Source: Hemiscyllium ocellatum
Taxonomy: Eukaryota
Direction: 5' to 3'
Assembly (NCBI RefSeq): GCF_020745735.1
Contig: NC_083402.1
Span: 7,812,001 to 7,876,000, forward strand
Length of the DNA: 64,000 bases
Part shown: positions 12,085 to 25,640 of the stretch, in pieces
Layout of the letters: each line of letters starts with the position of its first letter
How positions within the stretch are numbered: position 1 is the stretch's first letter
Notes under the pieces: model-generated
Told to the model about the DNA's origin: nothing
Seen by the model: the letters and a program-made list of their open reading frames with translations, nothing else
The model's database searches: none
Position numbers and translations under genes: made by a program

Positions 12085-14144
12085 AAAAAATGAGGTCTGC
12101 AGATGCTGGAGATCACAGCTGCAAATGTGTTGCTGGTCAAAGCACAGCAGGTTAGGCAGCATCTCAGGAATAGAGAATTCGACGTTTCGAGCATAAGCCC
12201 TTCATCAGGAATAAGAGAGAGAGAGCCAAGCCGGCTGAGATAAAAGGTAGGGAGGAGGGACTAGGGGGAGGGGCGATGGAGGTGGGATAGGTGGAAGGAG
12301 GTCAAGGTGAGGGTGATAGGCCGGAGTGGGGTGGGGGCGGAGAGGTCAGGAAGAGGATTGCAGGTTAGGAGGGCGGTGCTGAGTTGAGGGAACCGACTGA
12401 GACAAGGTGGGGGGAGGGGAAATGAGGAAGCTGGAGAAATCTGAATTCATACCTTGTGGTTGGAGGGTTCCCAGGCGGAAGATGAGGCGCTCCTCCTCCA
12501 GCCGTCGTGTAGTTGTGTTCTGCCGGTGGAGGAGTCCAAGGACCTGCATGTCCTCGGTGGAGTGGGAGGGGGAGTTAAAGTGTTGAGCCACGGGGTGATT
12601 GGGTTGGTTGGTTCGGGCGGCCCAGAGGTGTTCTCTGAAGCGTTCCGCAAGTAAGCGGCCTGTCTCACCAATATAGAGGAGGCCACATCGGGTGCAGCGG
12701 ATGCAATAGATGATGTGTGTGGAGGTACAGGTGAACTTGTGGCGGATATGGAAGGATCCCTTGGGGCCTTGGAGGGAAGTGAGTGTGGAGGTGTGGGCGC
12801 AAGTTTTACATTTCCTGCGGTTGCAGGGGAAGGTGCCGGGGGTGGAGGTTGGGTTGGTGGGGGGTGTGGATCTGACAAGGGAGTCACGAAGGGAGTGGTC
12901 CTTGCGGAACGCTGATAGGGGAGGGGAGGGAAATATATCCTTGGTGGTGGGGTCCGTTTGGAGGTGGCGGAAATGGCGGCGGATAATACGTTGTATGCGC
13001 AGGTTGGTGGGGTGGTAGGTGAGAACCAGTGGGGTTCTGTCTTGGTGGCGGTTGGAGGAGCGGGGCTCAAGGGCGGAGGAGCGGGAAGTGGAGGAGATGC
13101 GGTGGAGGGCATCGTCGATCACGTCTGGGGGGAATCTGCGGTCCTTGAAGAAGGAGGCCATCTGGGTTGTGCGGTGTTGGAATTGGTCCTCCTGGGAGCA
13201 GATGCGGCGGAGACGAAGGAATTGGGAATATGGGATGGCGTTTTTACAGGGGGCAGGGTGGGAGGAGGTGTAGTCCAGGTAGCTGTGGGAGTCAGTCGGT
13301 TTATAATAGATGTCTGTGTTGAGTCGGTCGCCCGAGATAGAAATGGAAAGGTCTAGGAAGGGGAGGGAGGAGTCTGAGACAGTCCAGGTGAATTTCAGGT
13401 CGGGATGGAAGGTGTTAGTAAAGTTGATGAACTGTTCAACCTCCTCGTGGGAGCACGAGGCAGCGCCGATACAGTCATCGATGTAGCGGAGGAAAAGGTG
13501 GGGGGTGGTGCCAGTGTAGTTGCGGAAGATGGACTGTTCCACATATCCTACGAAGAGGCAGGCATAGCTGGGGCCCATGCGGGTGCCCATGGCAACTCCT
13601 TTAGTTTGGAGGAAGTGGGAGGATTGAAAAGAGAAGTTATTCAGGGTGAGGACCAGTTCAGTCAGTCGAAGGAGGGTGTCAGTGGAAGGGTACTGGTTAG
13701 TGCGGCGGGAAAGGAAGAAGCGGAGGGCTTTGAGTCCTTCGTGATGGGGGATGGAGGTGTACAGGGACTGGATGTCCATAGTGAAAATAAGGCGTTGGGG
13801 ACCGGGGAAGCGAAAATCCTGGAGGAGGTGGAGGGCGTGGGTGGTGTCCCGAACGTAGGTGGGGAGTTCTTGGACTAAAGGGGACAGGACCGTGTCGAGG
13901 TATTGGGAGATGAGTTCGGTGGGGCAGGAGCAGGCTGAGACAATGGGTCGGCCGGGGCAGGCAGGTTTGTGGATTTTGGGCAGGAGGTAGAAACGGGCGG
14001 TGCGGGGTTGTGGGACTATGAGGTTGGAGGCGGTGGATGGGAGATCCCCTGAGGTGATGAGGTCCTGGATGGTCTGGGAGATGATGGTTTGGTGGTGGGA
14101 GGTGGGGTCGTGGTCAAGGGGGCGATAAGAGGAGGCGTCCGCGA
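12085..14144 (-). mobile_element. Young 5'-truncated Penelope-like element (RT + GIY-YIG)
   Basis: Uninterrupted 605-aa ORF 12346-14163 with GVAMGT, FLRYIDD and IIYCIRC..LLYIGETGR. pLTR with hammerhead at the 3' end. 21-bp TSD gcagtgtgaatatc(t/g)tc(g/a)agt at 12064-12084 and 14145-14165. Confidence 0.95.
12177..12212 (-). ncRNA. Minimal type I hammerhead ribozyme (PLE pLTR)
   Basis: AUUC-CUGAUGA-A-GGGC-UUAU-GCUC-GAAA-CG-UC-GAAU: intact core, stem I AUUC/GAAU, palindromic ACGU helix III, GUC cleavage triplet. Confidence 0.8.
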
Positions 14145-16185
14145 GCAGTGTGAATATCGTCAAGTGAGGGCATAAGGGAGTGAGGCATGGCTGGGTGGCA
14201 TTTACTTGTGAGTAAGGCAGATGAGCTGAGGGTGTAGATTAATGAGTGGGGATGAGATATTGTTGTTATCACAGAGACATGGTTGAGGGTGTGACAGGAT
14301 TGACAGCACAATGTTCTGGGCTATCGAACTGTGAGATGAGGCATGTAGGGGTAGGGAGAATGTCAAAGAGGAGGGGGTGTTGCAACATTGATGAAGGAGT
14401 TAATCACTGACATAAGATGGATGATATCTTAGAATGTTCCTCAAATGAGGTCACATGGTCCAATGTAAAAACAAACCCCCATCACAACACTCTGTCTCTT
14501 ACCATCAAGCAAACTTTGTATCCAACTGGTATTCTCTCCCTGAATCCCATGCCACCTAACTTCACTAATTAGTCCACCATGTGGAACTTTGACAACAGCT
14601 TTACACAAGTTCATGTAAACAATATCTCCCCCTCTGCCCTCACTGGTTTTTTGGTTACATTTTCAAAAATCTCAGTCAAGTTTGCGACACATGATTTCCC
14701 CTGCACAAAGCCACTTTCATGTTTTTCAAGACCTCCAACACTTCCTCTTCAGTAAAGTGAATTGCTTTCAAGACATCAATATTTATTTGCCCGAGTTAAG
14801 ACCATAAGACCATAAGACATAGGAGTGGAAGTAAGGCCATTCGGCCCATCGAGTCCACTCCGCCATTCAATCATGGCTGAAGGGCATTTCAACTCCACTT
14901 ACCAGCGTTCTCCCCGTAGCCCTTAATCTCCCCTTGCATCAATTTCTTTCTCCACAGTCAAAACTGATGCAAAATATTTGTTTAGGATATCTCCCCCCTC
15001 TCCTCTGGTTCTACATATAGATGACCTCATTGATCTTGAAGAGGCCCTATCCCCTCCCTGGATGCTCTCTGGCTTCTAATGACTTTGTAGAATATCTTTG
15101 GCTTATCCTCAGCCTTATCTGCTGAGGTTATCTGATGTCCACTTTTTGCCCTCCTGATATCCCTCATAAGAATGGCCCTACAGCCCTTATACTCTTCAAG
15201 AGATTCACTTGATCCCAGTTGTCTACACCTAATACATGACTCTTTCATATTCTTAACCAGAGCTTCAATATATTTATTCATCCATTGTTCCCTCATCTTA
15301 CTGGCCTTACCCTTCACTCTAACAGGAGCACAGTGTCTCTGAACCCTTGTTATTTCACTTGCCAATCATCCCTTTACCTGTTACCCTATTGTTCAAGGGT
15401 GGTAGTGATAAACCAGGAGAGTACAAGCCAGTGAGGCCAACGTCAATGGTGGGGAAAATATTGGAAACAATCCTGAGGGACAGAATAAATCATTACTTGG
15501 AGAGACAAAGGTTAATCCAGGATATTTAGCATGAATTTGTAAAGGAATTTGATTGAATTGGATTTGATGGAATTTTAGAGGAGCTGACGAGGTATGAAGA
15601 TGAGAATAATACAGTTGATGTCGTCTCCATTGACTTCAGTAAGCTTCACTTAAGGATGTCTCACTCAACTGAATCTCAGCATTTTCACCAGATAGGATTC
15701 TCTCTGTCTCTCTATGAAATGCATGAACATAAAGTAACTCATTGACTCTTTCTCTCCCTCCTCCCTTGAGAACTGAAACAGCTTCAGACTTATTTTCAAC
15801 GCTGATGATCTGGAGATTTGATTACAACTCTCAACGTGGAGACTTTCTGAATTTTTTTAAAACAACTATTCTTCCGACTTCTGTTCTTCTGAACTCAGCT
15901 GACTGGTGGTACTCAAAAATCTGTTTGTATCGACTGTAAACCTCACCTTGGTAAATATTCAGCAATGAACTCTCCAGGTCACTTATCTCCAGGACACTTT
16001 CTCAGTGTCTTTACTTCACTGTTCCAGATCACATTCTGACCCTTTGTTTCAAATGAACAAGTCACTTTCACAGAACTGAAACCTAAAATCTCTTTTCACT
16101 CCACTTTTCAATCCACATTCTGAATGAACAATAATATTTTATAAACTGCCATCCCACTGTGCCCTCTAGTTCTTGATCCCTTCTT

Positions 16186-16545
16186 GAATGGGTACGGTCT
16201 CTCTCTATCTACACTATCCTGAGTTTTCATGAGTGGGTACAGTCTCTCTCTATCTACACTATCCTGAGCCTTCATGAGTGGGTACAGTCTTTCTCTATCT
16301 ACATTATCCTGAGCCTTCATGAGTGGGTACGGCCTCTCTCTATCTACACTATCCTGAGCCTTCATGCGTGGGTACAGTCTCTCTCTATCTGCACTATCCT
16401 GAGCCTTCATGCGTGGGTACGGTACCTCTCTATCTACACTATCCTGAACCTTCATGAGTGGGTACGGTACCTCTCTATCTACACTATCCTGAGCCTTCAT
16501 GAGTGGGTACGGTATCTCTCTATTGACACTATCCTGTCCCTTCAT
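16186..16545 (-). repeat. 45-bp minisatellite, 8 copies, derived from the CR1 ORF2 C-terminus
   Basis: In-frame unit MKAQDSVDRERLYPL, flanked by IEMFQI and SRTRGH as in CR1. Confidence 0.9.
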
Positions 16546-18743
16546 GATTTGGAACATCTCAATCAAACCTTCCCTCAGCCTTCCCTTTGGCCCAAATCCA
16601 TTCTGACCTCAGTTATCCTGATGTCTCCAATTGTGAAATTCAAGGGGAAACATTCTATCCACTCTATCTAACGATTGCATGATTTGAAATATCTCTTTTC
16701 AATTATCCCTTTGTTATGTTCTTCTCTTCGATGCAAAAATAACAGGCACACACAGGATCAGTGTGTATGTGACACAATAATGTGTGTTTGTATATGAAGG
16801 GAATATTGACATTGACTGGGATGTGATCTTTATTGTCAATCGGACTTTGATTTTGCTGCTTCAGACTGTCTAACAAGTCATGGGGCTGACCCATCATATG
16901 CTGATGAAGGATGTAATGATTGGCAGCAGTTTAAGGTGTAGGTTGTCACAACATCTCCTATGTAATAAAGTGTTAGAATTGAATCCCAACCTTCTCTTAA
17001 AGGGCCATCCAGTGAATTAGGATCCATTAATGATGACAATCTCTGGTAGAGTCCTGTGTAGGCTGAAGGCGAAACCTAATGTGATTTGAACCCAGAGCTT
17101 CTTGAAGCAGGGACATTCCCCACTGCACCACAACAATGTCCTACATATTGAACAGGACATAAGCTCAATGTCAAGATCACTTAGCTCACCAAGACCATAA
17201 TACTGACTCCCCGTGACAACCCAGCAATCCTCCCTCCCTTACGGCCTGATAGGTAACAGTGCTGAAGCCAGAGGCAGCTAAACCCAACGACGTTGGAAAA
17301 GCTTCAAAAAAAGATTGACATGAATTGTACGAGATTGGAATGGTTTACTAGGAGATTCCATGAGGGAAGATTATTGCTACAAAACCACATATTGAAGCAG
17401 TGAAGAAAGCCAGGAACAAGGTCATTGGTTAGTATTGTTCTGAAAAGTGAAGATTCTGTGTGATTCACTCAAAACAAGTGACTGCCAATACTGGGGGTGC
17501 AATGGCAGAGTTGTCTTGTCAGGGGGCTATAAATCTAGAGATCCAGGTCATTTTCTGGGGGAATGGAGTTCAAAGCCCTCCATAGTAGAGTTTCATTTTT
17601 ATTTTAAATCTGGAATTAAGAATCTCATGATGACCATAAACTCTTGGGAAGGAAATTTGTTCTTCTTATCTGGTTGGTTCACATTGCTTAACGATGGAAA
17701 AGGAAACATTGCTCTCAGCTTTTCAACACTTTGAAATTTATGTCTGATATGGAATTAATGAGACAATAGTTTTTGCTAATTATAATCCGCTTATCTTTGT
17801 AGAAAAGCTTAAAGGTAAGACTTCAGGTTATACAGGTGGAGCTTAGATCTGCAGATGGAGAGGTGCCAGAAGACAGGAGGAAAGCCAATGTGGTACCATG
17901 ATTCAAGAAGTGAGCAAGGGATTAACCAGGTATCTACAGGCCAGTCAGTCTAACCTCGGTGGTTGGGAAACTATGGAAGCAATTCTGAGGGGCAGAATTC
18001 ATCTACGCTTAAGAGGTGGAGATGGATCAAAAACAGACAGAATGGTTTTGTTAAGGAGAGCGAGGCAGAAGATGGGATACGACAGGCTGTTTAGTCTGAA
18101 CTCGGTTATTTGAAAGATTTTACAGTCCATCATTAAGAATGAGATTGTGGAGAAGAATAAGTTCTTGAGGAGATGACAAGACAGGTCAACGAAGGTCAAG
18201 CAGTTGATATGGTGTATATGGACTTCAGCAAGGCATTTGATAAGGTTCCACATAGTAGGCTCATTCAAAATGTCAGGAAGTATGGGATACAGGGAGATTT
18301 GGCTATCTGGATTCAGAATTGGTTGGCTAACAGAAGGCATAGAGTGGTTGTAGATGGAAAGTATTCTGCCTGGAAGACAATGATGAGTGGGGTCCCACTG
18401 GGCTCTGCTCTTTGTAGTTTTTATAAATGACTTGGGTGGGGAGGTTGAGGGGTGGGTTAGAAAATTTGCAGTTGACATAAAGTGCCGTTGATAGTATTGA
18501 GGGTTATTGCAGGCTGCAGCACAACATAGACAGAATGCAGATCTGGGCTGAGAATTAGCAGATGGAGTTCAACCTGGATAAATGTGAAGTGATGCATTTT
18601 GGAAGGTCAAAATCGAATGCTGAATATAGGATTAAAGACAGGATTCTTGGCAGTGTAGAGGAACAGAGGGATCTGGGTGTGCAAGTACATAGATCCTCAA
18701 AGTTGCCACCCAAGTGGATAGTGTTGTTAAGAACGCATATTGT

Positions 18744-19020
18744 ACAAAGTTTGTGCGAAGATTTGTAGCTCGGGTGCTTGTTGTAGTGGTTCTGTTCGCC
18801 GAGCTGGAAGTTTTTGTTGCAAACGTTTCGTCCCCTGGCTAGGAGACATCATCAGTGCTGTGGAGCCTCCTGCGAAGCGCTTCTTTGATAGCACTATAAA
18901 TACCGGAAGAAACATCAAAGAAGCGCTTCGCAGGAGGCTCCAGAGCACTGATGATGTCTCCTAGCCAGGGGACGAAACGTTTGCAACAAAAACTTCCAGC
19001 TCGGCGAACAGAACCACTAC
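18744..19020. mobile_element. Fold-back pLTR insertion with 110-bp arms inside a CR1
   Basis: Arms 18780-18889 and 18914-19023, one mismatch, 24-nt loop. 12-bp TSD aacgcatattgt at 18732-18743 and 19021-19032. Confidence 0.9.
18945..18984 (+). ncRNA. Hammerhead ribozyme motif (third PLE family), mirrored on the minus strand at 18819-18858
   Basis: GCA-CUGAUGA-U-GUCUCCU-AGCC-AGGGGAC-GAAA-CG-UU-UGC; 7-bp stem II, GUU triplet. Confidence 0.65.
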
Positions 19021-22000
19021 AACGCATATTGTGTTTCGGCTTTCATTAACAGGGGGATTGAGTTTAAGAGCTGTAAGGGTTTGCTACAGCTCTACAAGTC
19101 CCTGGTGAGACCATACTTGGAATGGTGTGTCCAGTTCTGGTCGCCTGACTATAGGAAAGATACAGAGGCTTTGGAAAGGGTGCAAAGAATTGACAATAGA
19201 CAATAGGTGCAGGAGTAGGCCATTCTGCCCTTCGAGCCTGCACCACCATTCATTATGATCATGGCTGATCATCCTCAATCAGTATCCATAACCCTTGATT
19301 CCACTATCCTTGAGAGCTCTATCCAACTCTTTCTTAAACAAATCCAGAGACTGGGCCTCCACTGCCTTCTGGGGCAGAGGATTCCACACACCCACCACTC
19401 ACTGGGTGAAGAAGTTTCTCCTCATCTCTGTCCTAAATGGCCTACTCCTTATTTTTAAGCTGTGTCCTCTGGTTCGGGACTCACCCATCAGCGGAAACAT
19501 GTTTCCTGCCTCCAGAGTGTCCAATCCTTTAATAATCTTACATGTCTCAATCAGATCCCCTCTCAGTCTTCTAAACTCAAGGGTATACAAGCCCAGTTGC
19601 TCCAGCCTATCAGTGTAAGGTAGTCCTGCCATTCCAGAAATTGGCCTCGTGAACCTACGCTGCAATCCCTCAATAGCCAGAAAGTCTTTCCTCAAATGTG
19701 GAGACCAGAATGGCACACAATATTCTGGGTGCGGTCTCACCAGGGCCCTGTACAGCTGCAGAACAACCTCTTTGCTTCTACACTCAATCCCTCTTGTTAT
19801 GAAGGCCAGCATGCTATTAGCCTTCTTCACTACCTGCTGTACCTGCATGCTTGCCTTCATTGACTGGTGTACAAGAACACCCAGATCTCTTTGTACTGCC
19901 CCTTTACCTAACTTGACTCCGTTTAGGTAGTAATCTGCCTTCCTGTTCTTGCCACCAAAGTGGATAACCATACATTTATCCACATTAAACTACATCTGCC
20001 ATGCATCTGTCCACTCACCTAACCCTGTAATCTCCTAACATCCTCCTCACATTTCACCCAGCCAGCCAGCTTAGTATCATCAGCAAATTTGCTAATTTTA
20101 CTATTAACACCATCTTCTCTATCATTAATATATATTGTAAAAAGCTGCGGTCCCAGCACTGATCCCTGCGGTACCCCACTGGTCACTGTCTGCCATTCCA
20201 AAAGGGAGCCGTTTATCACTACACTTTGTTTCCTGTCAGCCAATCAATTTTCAATCCAAGCCAGTACTTTGCCCCCAATACCACGCGCCCTAATTTTTGC
20301 TCACTAACCTCCTATGTGGGACTTTATCAAAGGCTTTCTGAAAATCCAGGTACACTACATCCACTGGATCTCCCTTGTCCATCTTCAGAGTTACATCCTC
20401 AAAAATTTCAGAAGATTAGTCAAGCATGATTTCCCCTTCATAAATCCATGCTGACTCTGACCTATTCTGTTTCTGCTATCCAGATGTGTCATCATTTCAT
20501 CCTTTATAATAGACTTCAGCATATTTCCAACTACTGAGGTCTGACTAACAGGTCTATAATGTCCCGCTTTCTCTATCGCTTCCTTCTGAAAAAGAGGTAC
20601 AACATTAACGACCCTCCAATCCGCAGGAACTGATCCTGAATCTATCGAACATACCCCAGTGATCCAAGAATTTAAATACTTGCTTCCTGCACCAGTTCCT
20701 CAGGCACATGTTCAAGTCCATTATTTCCCTGTTCCTGGCCTCTCCAGCCTGAGGAACTGGAAGCAAACCGAAATAACCACCCTGGACGTCCTGCTTTTCA
20801 GCCTTCTTTCTAGTTCTCCGAAGTCCCGCTGTGGTATGTTCCTCCTCTTCTTCCCTACATCACTTGTGATGACATGTTCCACCACCTCTGGCTCTTCACC
20901 TTCGCCCTTGAGGATTTCCTGCACTCTGTCTGCGATGTCCTTAATCTTGGCACCAAGAAGGCAACACACCATCCTTAAATCCCGCCTGTTTCCACAGAAA
21001 CCCCATTCAGTCCCTCTCACTATGGAGTCCCGTATTACCACGGCTCTGTGCGATGTCTGACTCCTCGGCTCTGCCTCCATGCCAGCTTTTGATTGACAGA
21101 CCTGATCGCCTCGTGGATTGGCAATGTCATCTGTCTCTACTGTTTCCAAAAGATTCAACTTGTTCCTGACAGTTACTTCCCCCGTGGTCTCTTGCGCCTG
21201 TCTCCTCTCTGCCTTCCTCATCGTCTTCTCGCTTCTGATCTCTTCTGGTATGGTTGGTGTACATAGATCCCTCAAAGTTGCCACCCAAGTGGATAGGGTT
21301 GTTAAGAAAACATATGGTGTTTCGGCTTCATTAACAGGAGGATTGAGTTTAAGAGCTGTAAGGTTTTGCTACAACTCTACAAGTCCCTGGTGAGACCACA
21401 CTTGGAATATTGTGTCCAGTTCTGGTCGCCCTACTATAGGAAAGATACAGAGGCTTTGGAGACGGCGTAAAGAAGGTTTACCAGGATGCTGCCTGGACTG
21501 GAGAGCTTGCCTTATGAAGAAAGGTTGAATAAGCTCGAACATTTCTCTCTGGAGAGAAGGAGGACGAAAGGAGACCTGATCGAGGTGTACAAGATAATGA
21601 GAGGAATAGATAGAGTCAATAACCTGAGACTTTTCCCCAGGGCAGGATTGACTGGTACGAGGGGTCATAGTTATAAGGTATTAGGAGAAAGGTATTGAGG
21701 AGATGTCAGAGGTAGGCTCTTTACACAGAGAGTTGTGAATGTATGGAATGCATTGCCAGCGGTGGTGGTGGTGGAAGCAGAGTCATTAGGGACATTTACG
21801 CGACTGCTGGATATGAACATGCATAGCCGTGAGTTGAGGGGTGTGTAGGTGAAATTATTATAATTTACATTAGGATTAAACCTTGGCACGACATCGTGGG
21901 CCGAAGGGCCTGTTCTGTGCTGTACTTTGTTATGTTCTATGTTCTAAGTTCTAAGTACAGTTGGCAGTTCAGAAAACAAATGCAATGTTAGCATTACATT

Positions 22001-24129
22001 CGAGAGGGTGTAAATACAAGGCTAGGGGTGTATTGCCTGTGCTGTATAAGGCTATATCTGGCCAAACTACATTTGGGATATTGACAGCAGTTTTGGGCCC
22101 CATATCTGAGGATGGAGCTGTTGACATTGGAAGAGATCAAGGAAGTTACAAGAATGATCCAGGGGATGAAGACTTGTTATGATGAGTACAGATTCTGGGT
22201 CTGTACTCAAGGGAGTTTAGGAGGATGAGGGGGATCTGATTGAAACTTACAGAATACTGATAGGCCTGGACATCATGAACGTGAAGATGTTTCTACTCGG
22301 GGGAAAGATGAGGACCCAGGGGCACAGCCACAGAGTGCAGGGTTAGATTTGAGATGAGGAAGAATTTCTTCAGCCTGTGGTGAGAATTCTGTTGAACTCA
22401 TTGCTGCAGAGGGCTGTGGAGGCCAAGTCATTGAGTGTATTTCTGACAGGGTTCTTGATTAGTCAGGGGTTCAAGGGTGTTATGGGGAGAAGGCAGAGAA
22501 TGTGTTTGAGGAACATATCAGCCATGATCACAAACAGAGCAGACTTGATTGGTCAAATGGCTTAGCTCTACTCCAATATCCTACGGTCTTATATCTGACC
22601 AACAGAATTGAATTTGTTTGAAGCCAAGACCAGGTGTGCAGATGAGGCAATGATTTTGATGTTGTCTACTCAGACTTCAGCAAGGCTTTTAGCAATCTCC
22701 ACATGGGAGACTGATAGCAAAGGTCAGAGCCCATCGGATCCAAGGACATTTGGGAAATTGGATCCACAATTTGCTGACTGGCAGGAAGTAGAAGGATGAG
22801 GGACCTTTTTCCGACTGGATGTTTGTGTTCACTGGAGGCCCACCGGGGTAGGTGTTGGAACCCTTGCTGTCTGTGGTTTATATCAATGATATAAACTTAT
22901 ATGTAGGCAGATTGATCAACAAGTTCACAGAGGATAAACAACTTGGTGGGGTGATAAATAATGAGGAGGATAGCCTTAGGCAGAAAGAAAATATGGACAG
23001 GCTGGTCATGAGGTATATGAGGGCAAGTGGTGGATAATCGGATTAGAATAGATAGGTGACCAGCACAGACCCAATGGGCGGAATGGCCTTCTGTGCTGTT
23101 AACTTCTTTGAGCTGATCACCATGTAAATCTAAATTATCCGCCACCATTTCCCTGTTCCTAGTTTAAATTCCCAACTTTCTCCCTCACGCAGTTCCACAA
23201 TTATTTTCTTTCTCTGTATATGCCCAGAGCAACGATTGCTGTTAGTTTTTCTATTGCTTGTCCAGTTCCTGTCATCCCAATTGTCTCCACCTTCACAATC
23301 TTTATTGGCATCTGCAGTTGGTTTAGAATCACAGAATCAGACGGTGCAGAAGTGGCCCTTCATCCCATTAAGACTGGACCACCAAAATATACACTATCAA
23401 CACAAGTCCCACTTTCCTGCACTCAGCCAATAGCCTTGAATGTTATGACACCACAAGTTTTCATCCAAATAATTTTTGCAAGTTGTGGTTTTCCTTTTCT
23501 TCAAACCTCTGTGATTGGCTTCACTGAAGTTGAGGACACGATTCTTCGACCCGAGTTGCTCTCCCTCAAGCTGATGATCAATGTTGTGATCGCTATGCCT
23601 GAGAGGATCCTCAATTATAGAAATGCTTCATAATCTTCCCTTATTACACATTAATTGATCTGAAGTAACCTATTACCAGGCAGATTCTGCAACGGGCTTC
23701 TCTAAAAAACCATCCTTTCTGCATTTTACATATTCATTCTCCTTGTTATCCTCGCTGATCTGATTTGTCGAGTCAATATTCAGATGAAAATCATCCGTGA
23801 CCATTGTCGTACCTTTGTTGCACCCCTCTACTATTTCCAGGTTTATAATTTATCCTGCAGTGAGCCAACCTTTCCGCAGCCTATAAACAACTCTTACCAG
23901 TGATTCCTTTCCCCTGATATTCCGAATTTCCACCTAAACCGATTCCACATCATGAACTCTTGTACTTGTATCACTCCTCATCACCACACTGATACCCTCC
24001 TTTATTAACAATGTGGCCCCAACTCCTTTCATTTTTTGAATGTTTTTCCAGACAGAGATAAAGAGCCCAAAGTTGAAATTTTTTAACTTTATTTGTTAAG
24101 CTGCTGTTAGTTTCTACTACATCTTTAAA

Positions 24130-25640
24130 ACGTAGAACACAGAACAATACAGTGCAGTACTAGCCCTTCGGTCCTCAATGTTGTGCCAACCTGAAGCCCA
24201 TCTAACCTACACTATTCCATTATCATCCATATATTTACCAATAACCATTTAATACCCTTTAAAGTTGGTTACTCTATTACTGTTGCAGGCAGGGCATTCC
24301 ATGCCCTTCCTACTCTCTGAGTAAAGAACCTACCTCTGACATCTGTCCTCTATCGATCAACCCTCAGTTTAAAGCTATGTCCCCACGTGCTAGCCATCAC
24401 CATCCGAGGAAAAGGACTCTCTCTGTCCACCTTATCCAATCCTTTGATCATCTTGTATTCTCTCTTAGTCACCTCTTAACCATCTTCTCACTAACGAAAA
24501 CAGCCTCAAGTCCCTCAGCCTTTCCTCATAAGATCTTCCCTCCATACCTGGCAATATCTTAGTAAATCTCCTCTGAACCCTTTCCAAAGCTTCCACATCC
24601 TTCCTATAATGTACTGACAAAACCTGTATGCAATACTCCAAGTGTGGCCGCACCAGAGTTTTGTCCAGATGCAACATGACCTCTTGTTCTGAAACACGAT
24701 CCCTCTCCCAATTAAAGCTAACACAGTGTAAGCCTTCTTAAAATCTATCAACCTGGGTGGCAACTTTCAGCGATCAATGCACATGGACATCGAGATCTCT
24801 CTGCTCATCCACATTACCAAGAATCTTACCATTAGCCCAGTACTCTGTATTCCTATTACTCCTTCCAAAGTGAATCACCTCACACTTTTCCCTCATCAAA
24901 CTCCATTTGCCACATTTCAGCCCACCTCTGCAGCTTATCTATGTCCCTCTGTACCTACAACATCCTTCAGCACTGTACACAACTCCTCTGACTTTAGTGC
25001 CAGCTGTAAATATACTTACCCATCCTTCTACACCCTCATCCAAGTCATTTATGAAAATGACAAACAGTAGTGGCCCCAAAAACAGATCCTAAAAGTAGAC
25101 CACTAATAACTGAACACCAGGATGAACATTTCCCATCAACCACCTCCCTCTCTCTTCTTTCAGCTCGCTAATTTCTGATCCAAACTGCTAAATCACCCTC
25201 AGTCCCATGCCTCCCTGTATTTTGCAATAGCCAACCATAGGGAACTTTATCAAACGTTTACTGAAATCCATATATACCACATCAACCACTTTATCCTCAT
25301 CCACCTGTTTGGTCACCATCTCAAAGAACTCAATAAGGTTTGTGAGGCATGACCATGTCCTCCCTGCCTGACAGGGACATACTTATCAAGGACACGCAGG
25401 AGCTGTTCCTTGAACAGGTTCTGCATTTCAGTTGTGACCATCCCCTGTAGTTTCTTTCCCCATCTTATGCTTCGTAAATCTTGCCTCATTGCCTTTCCCC
25501 CAGCTATAACTCTTGCCCGGCAGTATATACCTGCACTTTTCCATCACTGAAATAAACTTAACTGAATTGTGGTCACTATCACCAAATCTAACAGCTGGCC
25601 CAGTTTATTGCCCAGTACCAAATCCAATGTGGCCTCACCT
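24130..25640 (-). mobile_element. CR1 3' fragment with internal deletion
   Basis: LVRPHLEYC..YRKDVEALERVQRRFT and RT remnants. Confidence 0.8.

Larger units (their letters stand above)
17830..22560. mobile_element. Nested CR1 fragments (plus 17830-19190, minus about 19190-21250, plus about 21259-22560)
   Basis: Repeated [30 protein letters not shown] and SRTRGH motifs; ORF1 esterase remnant 20721-21284. Confidence 0.85.

Noticed and set aside
12447-13878. Several long ORFs overlapping the Penelope ORF
   Set aside because: Shadow frames of a GC-rich coding sequence with no independent motifs.
15945-15990. Donor AAG|GTGAGG as the end of a V2 leader exon
   Set aside because: The upstream frame (ESVLEISDLESSLLNIYQ) has no ATG and is not hydrophobic.
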